Below, in pieces: positions 56,840 to 64,000 of a stretch of DNA of 64,000 bases. Each line of letters opens with the position of its first letter. Position 1 is the first letter of the stretch. The stretch comes from Minisyncoccota bacterium (lineage in GTDB: Bacteria > Patescibacteriota > Minisyncoccia > Phycocordibacterales > UBA9973), in the NCBI GenBank assembly GCA_041658325.1, contig JBBAAI010000003.1, positions 2,201 through 66,200 on the forward strand. Reading direction: 5' to 3'. A model generated the notes under the pieces. That model did no database searches. It saw only the letters and a program-made list of their open reading frames with translations, and was not told where the DNA came from. The translations under genes were made by a program, and so were the position numbers.

Positions 56840-56844
56840 TAATC

Positions 56845-57699
56845 ATGAAAACTTTACGTGAATATATAAAAGAAGCAGAGGAAAAACATGTGGCGATTGG
56901 GCATTTTAATATTTCAAACCTAGAAGGATTTCATGGTGTTTTCAAAGCTGCAAAAAAATTAAATGTTCCTGTGATTATAGGTTTATCTGAAGGAGAAGAG
57001 GATTTTATCGGCAGGAGTGAAGCCGTAGGAATGATAAAAGAAATTAGAGAGAAAGAAAATTATCCGATTTTTCTAAACGCAGATCATCATTATAGTCTTG
57101 AACGCGTAATGCTTGCCGTTGATGCCGGTTTCGATTCTGTCATTATTGATGCTGCGAATTTAAGCTTTGAGGAGAATGTAAAAATTACCAAAGAATGTGT
57201 TGATTATGCTAGAAAAATAAATCCCGCAATAATTGTAGAAGCAGAAATAGGATATATAGGTTCTGGTTCAAACATCAAAGAAACTATTCCTGAAGGAGCA
57301 GGGGTAAAAACAAAACCAGAGGAAGCTCAAAAATTCGTAGAAATGACTGGGGTTGATATGCTGGCGCCGTCTGTCGGGAGTATTCACGGATTAATAAAAA
57401 GTGGGAAGCCACACATTGATACAGAACTTGTAGCAGAAATAAAAAAGGCAACCGGAGTACCTTTAGTATTGCACGGTGGTTCAGGTTTACGGGATGAAGA
57501 TTTTACTAATGGAATAAAAGCCGGTATCTCGATTGTGCATATCAGTACTGAAATTAGATTGGCCTACGATGAAGCCCTTAAAAAATCCCTTGCTGATAAT
57601 CCGAAAGAAACTACTCCTTACAAGATTTTACAACCAGCCGTAGATGCGATTGAAAAAATAGCAGAAGCAAGGCTGAAACTTTTTAACACGCTGAATTAA
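56845..57699 (+). CDS. fba: Class II fructose-bisphosphate aldolase
   Basis: HFNISN, NADH, EAEIG, VGSIHG, LVLHGGSG. Confidence 0.92.
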   Translation: MKTLREYIKEAEEKHVAIGHFNISNLEGFHGVFKAAKKLNVPVIIGLSEGEEDFIGRSEAVGMIKEIREKENYPIFLNADHHYSLERVMLAVDAGFDSVIIDAANLSFEENVKITKECVDYARKINPAIIVEAEIGYIGSGSNIKETIPEGAGVKTKPEEAQKFVEMTGVDMLAPSVGSIHGLIKSGKPHIDTELVAEIKKATGVPLVLHGGSGLRDEDFTNGIKAGISIVHISTEIRLAYDEALKKSLADNPKETTPYKILQPAVDAIEKIAEARLKLFNTLN

Positions 57700-57703
57700 A
57701 TCA

Positions 57704-59392
57704 GTGAAAGAAGAAATATTAAAATTTTTAAAGGGGGACGCAGATGATAGCGAAGAAACACTCGTAAAATATTCGCATGATGCGAGCTTGTTGGAAGTGC
57801 GACCCCAAATTGTGCTTTTTCCAAAAGATTCGGAAGACATAAAAAATTTAGTAAAATGGGTATATCAAAATAAAGAAAAATATCCCGATCTTTCTATAAC
57901 TGCCAGATGCGCAGGCACTGATATGTCCGGTGGAGCAATAGGGGAATCTATTATCTTAGATTTTACTCGGTATATGAATAAGTTGATAGGTGGTCCGTTG
58001 CCCCTTAAAACTAGATCTGTTTGGGAAATTGCCGTCGAGCCTGGGATGCTTTATAGAGATTTTGAAAAAATAACTTTAGAAAAAGGGCTGATTTTGCCTT
58101 GTTACACAGCTTCTAAAAGTCTAAATGCTATGGGTGGAATGTATGGTAATAATTCTGCCGGAGAAAGAACTTTAAAATATGGGAAAATGGAAGATTACAT
58201 TTTATCTGCAAAAGTAATCTTTGCAGATGGTATTGAAAGAACAGTAAAATCTTTTCCTTTAAATGAAATTCCAGAAAAAGAAGAAATCTATAAAAAAGTT
58301 TTTGATTTAATTAAACAAAATGAAGAAGAAATAAAACAAGCTAAACCAAATGTGCATAAAAATTCGGCTGGTTACTATCTGTGGAATGTGATACAAAACA
58401 ACCCACGCCAGAGCGGGGCAAGTATTTTTGATTTAAATAAATTGCTTGTTGGTTCGCAAGGAACCCTTGGTATCGTTACCGAAATGACCTTGAAGCTAAT
58501 TCCAGAAAATAAACATTCAAAACTTGTTGCTATTTTTATGAAGGACCTAGAACCACTTGGTCGTCTGGTGGGTGAGATTTTGACTCTTAATCCTGAAACG
58601 CTTGAAACCTATGATGATAAAACGATGAAATTGGCGGTTAAATTTTTCCCAGATTTTCTTAAGAACAAAGGATTTATAGGAATGTTTAAATTTATGTGGA
58701 GTTTTTTACCAGAATTTTTTATGATGATTACTGGCGGTTTCCCAAAGTTAATCATTCTAGCTGAATTTGCCGGAGAGGACGAAAAAACAGTAAACGATAA
58801 GTGCGTTCAATTAGCAGAAAAGATAAAAGATTTTAAATTAAAAGTTCATATTACTAAATCTGAAATAGAGGCGAATAAATATTGGGACATAAGAAGAGAA
58901 AGTTTTGTATTGTTGCGTAAGCATGTAAAAGGAATGCGGACTGCTCCATTTATAGACGATATTATCGTTCGTCCAGAATTTTTACCGAAATTTCTTCCAG
59001 AACTTAGGGCTATTTTAAACAAATACAATTTAGTTTTTACTTTGGCTGGGCATGCGGGAGATGGTAATTTCCATGTTATTCCTTTAATGGATTTTAAGCG
59101 TTCTGATACAGCTACAATAATAATAGAGCTTGGTGAAGCTGTTTATGATTTAGTTGTAAAATATCATGGCTCAATTACAGCAGAACATAACGATGGTTTA
59201 ATTCGTACGCCGTATTTACGTAAAATGTATGGAGATAGAATGATTAAAATTTTTGAAAACATAAAGGAAATTTTTGATCCCAAAAATATTTTTAATCCTG
59301 GCAAAAAAATTGCCACTTTAAATCTAGGAGGAACTAAAGAATACATAGTTTTACATATAGCAGAAGAGCATGAAACGAAGCATCAAGTTTAG
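57704..59392 (+). CDS. FAD-linked oxidase (GlcD/D-lactate dehydrogenase-like)
   Basis: YSHDAS, AGTDMSG, GSQGTLGIVTE, GHAGDGNFH, AEHNDG, FDPKNIFNPGK; GTG start. Confidence 0.9.
   Translation: MKEEILKFLKGDADDSEETLVKYSHDASLLEVRPQIVLFPKDSEDIKNLVKWVYQNKEKYPDLSITARCAGTDMSGGAIGESIILDFTRYMNKLIGGPLPLKTRSVWEIAVEPGMLYRDFEKITLEKGLILPCYTASKSLNAMGGMYGNNSAGERTLKYGKMEDYILSAKVIFADGIERTVKSFPLNEIPEKEEIYKKVFDLIKQNEEEIKQAKPNVHKNSAGYYLWNVIQNNPRQSGASIFDLNKLLVGSQGTLGIVTEMTLKLIPENKHSKLVAIFMKDLEPLGRLVGEILTLNPETLETYDDKTMKLAVKFFPDFLKNKGFIGMFKFMWSFLPEFFMMITGGFPKLIILAEFAGEDEKTVNDKCVQLAEKIKDFKLKVHITKSEIEANKYWDIRRESFVLLRKHVKGMRTAPFIDDIIVRPEFLPKFLPELRAILNKYNLVFTLAGHAGDGNFHVIPLMDFKRSDTATIIIELGEAVYDLVVKYHGSITAEHNDGLIRTPYLRKMYGDRMIKIFENIKEIFDPKNIFNPGKKIATLNLGGTKEYIVLHIAEEHETKHQV
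58401..58422. repeat. Short GC-rich hairpin repeat, copy 3 (in frame in FAD oxidase)
   Basis: ACCCACGCCAGAGCGGGGCAAG, encodes NPRQSGAS. Confidence 0.55.
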
Positions 59393-59428
59393 AGTTGCTT
59401 TTTCGCTATTTTTATATATACTATCTTT

Positions 59429-60109
59429 ATGTTTGCAATTAAAGCTAAAAAAAGAGAAGACGGGCTAAAATTAGAGGTATTAAAAAAATCTGGGGATATC
59501 CCAGCTGTTTTTTACGGAGCAGGGAAAAAGACAACCCCAATTTCAATTTCCAAAATTGATTTTAAGAAAATTTGGAGAGATGCAGGAGAATCTTCAGCTG
59601 TGAAAATAGAAATTGGAGAAGGAGACGTTGATGTCCTTATTCATGAAGTGCAAGTTGACCCAGTAACCAGTGAGCCTATTCACGTTGATTTCTTGGCTAT
59701 AGATATGAAAAAGAAAATACGCGTTCATGTATCACTTGAATTTGAAGGCGTATCGAACGCAGTTAAAAGTGGAATCGGAAATCTTGTTAAGGTGCTTCAT
59801 GAGCTTGAAATTGAAGCCTTGCCAGCTGATTTACCACACAATCTTGTTGTTGATATTTCTAAATTAGAAACGCTAGAGAGTCAAATTTTTGTTTCTGATA
59901 TTAAGCTTCCTAAGGGAGTTGCAGTTATAAATAATCCTTCTGACGTTGTGGCTTCTATTGTTGAACAAGTCGAAGAAAAAGAAGAAGTTGTAGTTCCGGT
60001 TGATTTGTCTGCAATCGAAGTAGAAAAGAAAGGTAAGAAAGAGGAAGAGGGAGAAGCGACAGCTGAAGCTACTGCTCCGACGAAAGAAGACAAAACCGGA
60101 AATAAATAA
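59429..60109 (+). CDS. rplY: 50S ribosomal protein L25 (CTC long form)
   Basis: IPAVFYG, EVQVDPV..PIHVDF, LPADLP, acidic tail. Confidence 0.95.
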   Translation: MFAIKAKKREDGLKLEVLKKSGDIPAVFYGAGKKTTPISISKIDFKKIWRDAGESSAVKIEIGEGDVDVLIHEVQVDPVTSEPIHVDFLAIDMKKKIRVHVSLEFEGVSNAVKSGIGNLVKVLHELEIEALPADLPHNLVVDISKLETLESQIFVSDIKLPKGVAVINNPSDVVASIVEQVEEKEEVVVPVDLSAIEVEKKGKKEEEGEATAEATAPTKEDKTGNK

Positions 60110-60142
60110 TTAAAAGTATCGATAGAAAATAATTTAAAAAAT

Positions 60143-60170
60143 AAAAGGGCGGAAATTTTCCGCCCTTTTT
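60143..60170. terminator. Bidirectional terminator
   Basis: AAAAGGGCGGAA-ATT-TTCCGCCCTTTT between convergent genes. Confidence 0.85.
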
Positions 60171-60186
60171 TCGTACGATCTTGAGT

Positions 60187-61104
60187 TTATTTGTTTGTAA
60201 TTTCACCTCCTTGTATTGTGAAGGGAAGTAAACACAAACTGAATGTGGTGTTTATCACATCTTTACTAGAAGTGACGAATATTCCAGACGAAGACGCCAT
60301 ATCAAAATCAAAACTTCCTAAGGCGTAGTTTCCGTCTGGTAAATCAGATTCAAGTGTTACCTTGTAAACATCCTTGTAGACTTCTTCCACCTTAAGGCGT
60401 ATTAGACGCTTGATTAGTTTCTCACGATATTTATATTTAAATATGATTCGATCGTTTTCCTTTTCCAATTTAACAACAGCGAGATTTTGAAGTGGTAAGT
60501 CGGCTAATTGGCGGAACTCTTCATTCTCAATATTAGAGGCAAATCTAGTTTGCGAAATGTAAAATGTAAACGAAGGACGATGTGAGGTTACGACTGGAGG
60601 CTTCACGTTATTGAAATAACACGTTTCTCCGTCACCGACAGAAAAGGGGGTTAACGCAAGAACGGCCAAGTTGGGCGCCTTTTCTTTTCGTGTCAATTTT
60701 CCAGGTTCTAGTTTGGCAAGTTTGCCATCGTCACCCATAATATATACACCCGGATTGTATCCTGCCATTGGATCATTGGGGTCGGTTTGTGTTTCCGGTA
60801 TTTCAGAGATCGCTGGAGAGGCCAGTTTTTGTTGGCTTTTTAGCATCTCTGTAATGATCTCGTTGGAGATACCCGCGCTCTTGAGTGCTTTTAGAGCTTC
60901 GATACTCGTGTCGTATTCACCGATCACGGTTTGAATTTTTGCAATCACGGCTTCATCAGGCAGATCCATGTTGTGCATCTCCACGATTTGTGCATTATCG
61001 AACATTTGGACTTGATCAGTCTCTTGAGACACAGGTTGTTGTGTGAAAGTTGTTACAGTGCAGGTGATGACAAGAACAACGATGAAAAGCTTGCTTTTTA
61101 ACAT
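60187..61104 (-). CDS. Hypothetical exported protein
   Basis: SD AAGGAGGA before ATG 61104, signal peptide, N-terminal helical module DNAQIVEM..LPDEAVIAKI...YDTS.EAL.ALK.AG.S.EII..M. Confidence 0.75.
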   Translation of the reverse strand: MLKSKLFIVVLVITCTVTTFTQQPVSQETDQVQMFDNAQIVEMHNMDLPDEAVIAKIQTVIGEYDTSIEALKALKSAGISNEIITEMLKSQQKLASPAISEIPETQTDPNDPMAGYNPGVYIMGDDGKLAKLEPGKLTRKEKAPNLAVLALTPFSVGDGETCYFNNVKPPVVTSHRPSFTFYISQTRFASNIENEEFRQLADLPLQNLAVVKLEKENDRIIFKYKYREKLIKRLIRLKVEEVYKDVYKVTLESDLPDGNYALGSFDFDMASSSGIFVTSSKDVINTTFSLCLLPFTIQGGEITNK

Positions 61105-61343
61105 GTTCTCCTCCTTCTGCAACCTTTCAGATTGCGGGATTGTTATTGCTTAGATTAATGTGATTTAACAACAAAAAAACGACGTGTGTGCAGAGAAGCT
61201 TGTTTCTAAGCATCATTGAAAGTGCATTATGTCAAGTAACTTTACTAATATTAAAATACCACAACTTAAAATTTTTATCAATAGATATTTTTTATATCCT
61301 AAAGATATTCTTAGCTATTTATTATTATGTTATAATAGAAACG

Positions 61344-62702
61344 ATGGAAAAAAGAATCAAAATTTTCATTTTTTTAAGTTTATTTTTTATTAATATTATT
61401 GTCCTACTAGCACCGAAACCAGTAGTGGCTTTTGATTGTTTGAATTTAACAACCTTATCTTCTCAATCAGATAAAGATTATTGCAGAAATGAGTTGAATA
61501 TTTTATTAAAAGAATTAGCTGATCTTGAAATTAAATCAAAAGAACAGAGTAAACAAACAGGTACCCTGAAAGGTGATGTCGCGGCACTTACTGCTCAGAT
61601 TAATGCTCTTAAGGCCAAAATAAAAGCTCGATCACTCGTTATTGCTCAATTGAAAGTTAATATAGCAGAGAAGGTCAGTACGATTAATTCACTTTCAGAA
61701 AAAATTAATCGTGAACGTGAATCATTGGCTCAACTACTTAGAAATACACGAGAATTTGATAATGAAAATTTAGTAGACTTAGTTCTTTCTAATGATACTA
61801 TTTCAAATTTTTATGCCGATTTAGAATCATATAATTCTATCAAACAAGCGATAAAGGCTTCTGTCGATAGAATCAACGGAGTAAAAACACAAACTGAAAT
61901 GGCAAAACAAGATCTTGAAAAAAAACAAGATGCTGAGACTGATGCAAAAGCAGAATTAGAAAATGCGCAAAAAGCTATTGCTAAATCTGAGGCCGATAAG
62001 AAAGAATTATTAGCTATTTCTAAACAAAAAGAAGCAGCTTATCAAACACTTGCTGCACAAAAAAAAGCTCAAGCAGATAAAATTCGCGCTGCGTTGTTCC
62101 CACTGGCTGGTATTTCTACTAAAATTGATTTTGGTACTGCTCTTGCTTATGCCAATGAGGTAAATATTAAACTGGGGGTTGAGCCAGCATTTTTACTTGC
62201 TATTCTTACCCAAGAAAGTAATCTTGGAGCGAATGTCGGTCAGTGTTATTTGACTAATCCAGATACTGGTGCAGGGGTTGGTAAAAATACAGGAACACCA
62301 TTTGCAAATGTTATGAAGCCCACACGTGACGTCGCACCATTTCTGGAAATAACAAATGCGCTTGGTTTTAATGCATTTCAAACTGCTGTTTCTTGTCCTA
62401 TCGCTGGTGTGGTCGGGTATGGAGGGGCTATGGGTCCGGCACAATTTATTCCTTCAACCTGGAAACTTTTTATTAGTCGTCTTGAAGATATTTTAGGACA
62501 TTATGCGAATCCGTGGGCTCCCCGGGATGCTTTTATGGCTTCGGGTATGTATTTATCTGACCTAGGAGCGGTGGGAACTAGTACTAGCGCACAAAGTAGG
62601 GCTGCCTGTAAATATTATGGTTCGGGTGGGTCAACGTGTTCTTATAGTAGAAGCGTAATGAAATTAAAATCCTCAATACAGGCCAATATAAATTTGCTTT
62701 AA
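61344..62702 (+). CDS. Coiled-coil lytic murein transglycosylase (SLT_2-like)
   Basis: Signal/TM, long coiled coil, AILTQESNLG catalytic Glu, GAMGPAQFIPSTW. Confidence 0.85.
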   Translation: MEKRIKIFIFLSLFFINIIVLLAPKPVVAFDCLNLTTLSSQSDKDYCRNELNILLKELADLEIKSKEQSKQTGTLKGDVAALTAQINALKAKIKARSLVIAQLKVNIAEKVSTINSLSEKINRERESLAQLLRNTREFDNENLVDLVLSNDTISNFYADLESYNSIKQAIKASVDRINGVKTQTEMAKQDLEKKQDAETDAKAELENAQKAIAKSEADKKELLAISKQKEAAYQTLAAQKKAQADKIRAALFPLAGISTKIDFGTALAYANEVNIKLGVEPAFLLAILTQESNLGANVGQCYLTNPDTGAGVGKNTGTPFANVMKPTRDVAPFLEITNALGFNAFQTAVSCPIAGVVGYGGAMGPAQFIPSTWKLFISRLEDILGHYANPWAPRDAFMASGMYLSDLGAVGTSTSAQSRAACKYYGSGGSTCSYSRSVMKLKSSIQANINLL

Positions 62703-62731
62703 AATAAAATTCGTGATAATCTTGGTGAGTT

Positions 62732-62950
62732 ATGCAAAAAGATATACATCCAAAATATGATTTAAAAACAAAGGCAATCTGCGCTTGCGGAGCGGTTTTT
62801 GAGGTTGGTTCCACTATGCCCGAAATTAAAATGGAAATTTGTAGCCAGTGTCATCCTTTCTATACTGGTAATGAAAAGATCATGGACACCGCTGGACGCG
62901 TAGAACGTTTCAAGAAAAGAGCGGCTGCATCTGTAAAAGCTAAGAAATAA
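62732..62950 (+). CDS. rpmE: 50S ribosomal protein L31 (Zn-binding type)
   Basis: [28 protein letters not shown]. Confidence 0.97.
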   Translation: MQKDIHPKYDLKTKAICACGAVFEVGSTMPEIKMEICSQCHPFYTGNEKIMDTAGRVERFKKRAAASVKAKK

Positions 62951-62954
62951 GTAA

Positions 62955-63042
62955 AATTCACCGTAATAATTTTTTGAAACTGCGCCCTCGGAGTCATAAG
63001 GACAGGGGACCCACACGTTTCTTAAAATTTTTACGGGGAATT
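62955..63042. repeat. 88-bp intergenic palindromic element
   Basis: Arms AATTC-A-CCGTAA-T-AATTTT-TT-GAAAC / GTTTC-TT-AAAATT-T-TTACGG-G-GAATT around GC-rich core. Confidence 0.7.
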
Positions 63043-63048
63043 ATCTTT

Positions 63049-64000
63049 ATGAGTTTAGATATAGACGAATTAAAAAAAGATCATCGAACTAGCTATTTTG
63101 CGGGTGTTCTGGAAAAACTTGCGCGTGAAGAGGGAGAAGTACGAGAAATGCTTGCTAGTGACGAAAGCTTGCATGAAATGGCAGCTAAGGAATTGAAATT
63201 TATTCAAGAAGAAAGAGAAAGAATAGAGGGTCAAGTAAAAGATATTTTAGATAAAGATAAAGAAGCAGAAGAATTTCCCAATGAAATAGTTTTAGAAGTA
63301 CGAGCAGGTGCCGGTGGAGACGAAGCATCGCTTTTTGCCTGGGAACTTGCGCACATGTATGAAAAATTTGCAGAAATGAAAGGTTGGCAGTGGAAAGTAA
63401 ATTATGAATCCAAAAGTGATTTAAGTGGTTACAAAGAAGCCAGTTTTGAAATAAAAGGTAAAGATGTTTATAAAAAAATGCGCTATGAAACCGGTGTGCA
63501 TCGGGTGCAAAGGATTCCTGCTACTGAAAAAAATGGACGAGTGCACACCTCTACCGCATCTGTTGCTGTTCTGCCTATTAGAAAAAAAATAACTTTTCAA
63601 ATAAACCCAGCTGATTTTGAAATGGAATATTCTCGCTCAGGTGGAAAAGGAGGTCAAAATGTGAATAAAGTTGAGACGGCGGTAAGAATCATTCACAAAC
63701 CAACGGGTCTTGATGTGCGTTCGACAAATGAAAGAAGTCAGCTTGCGAACCGCGAACAAGCGATGCTGATTTTAACTGCGAAACTGCAACAGCTCGAAGA
63801 AGAAAAAGAAGCAGCCAAACATGCTGGTATTCGCAAAAACCAAATTGGTACTGGTGATCGTTCAGAAAAAATTCGTACCTATAATTTTTCTCAAGATCGT
63901 GTTACTGATCATCGAATAAAAAAATCCTGGCATAATTTGCCGAAAATAATGGAAGGAGAGATCGGAGACATCATTGACAGTATTGATTCTGGTGTGGTGG
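63049..64000 (+). CDS. prfA: Peptide chain release factor 1 (runs off window end)
   Basis: LEVRAGAGGDEA, HRVQRIPATE (PxT of RF1), SGGKGGQNVN, DRSEKIRTYN; absent from ORF track as no stop in window. Confidence 0.95.
   Translation, partial: MSLDIDELKKDHRTSYFAGVLEKLAREEGEVREMLASDESLHEMAAKELKFIQEERERIEGQVKDILDKDKEAEEFPNEIVLEVRAGAGGDEASLFAWELAHMYEKFAEMKGWQWKVNYESKSDLSGYKEASFEIKGKDVYKKMRYETGVHRVQRIPATEKNGRVHTSTASVAVLPIRKKITFQINPADFEMEYSRSGGKGGQNVNKVETAVRIIHKPTGLDVRSTNERSQLANREQAMLILTAKLQQLEEEKEAAKHAGIRKNQIGTGDRSEKIRTYNFSQDRVTDHRIKKSWHNLPKIMEGEIGDIIDSIDSGVV

Noticed and set aside
1066-63016. Numerous short antisense/nested ORFs in the track
   Set aside because: Shadows of well-supported genes, no independent signals

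Overview
AT-rich bacterial chromosomal segment whose gene content (compact housekeeping genes, YAW...GWINF repeat protein, MYG1, DUF5667-type anti-sigma, coiled-coil/SLT fusion, short ValRS/Obg/RF1) points to a Patescibacteria (CPR; probably Parcubacteria/Nomurabacteria-like) genome; this taxonomy is inference. It carries translation genes (leuS, valS, lysS, gatB, lepA, tsaD, rpsU, rplY, rpmE, partial prfA, 7 tRNAs), division/cell-wall genes (ftsA/ftsZ, mraZ-rsmH-ftsL-ftsI-murF, murJ), a hydroxyacid dehydrogenase-glycerate kinase-enolase-PEP synthase operon, an ECF sigma/anti-sigma pair and a ~1845-aa mosaic tail-fibre-like surface protein. No transposase, integrase, CRISPR array or rRNA is visible. 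Best leads not explained by the ORF track: (1) a stand-alone ~245-nt structured ncRNA gene with its own promoter and terminator (50333-50578, minus strand); (2) an operon of four 35-43-aa single-pass membrane microproteins (39743-40262) beside two small paralogues; (3) palindromic elements inserted in frame in leuS, gatB and an FAD oxidoreductase, with intergenic relatives; (4) leaderless-looking core genes versus self-contained Shine-Dalgarno-led orphan cassettes; (5) two tRNAs with a co-varied A18/G55 elbow. All structures and alignments were read by eye; no searches were run.
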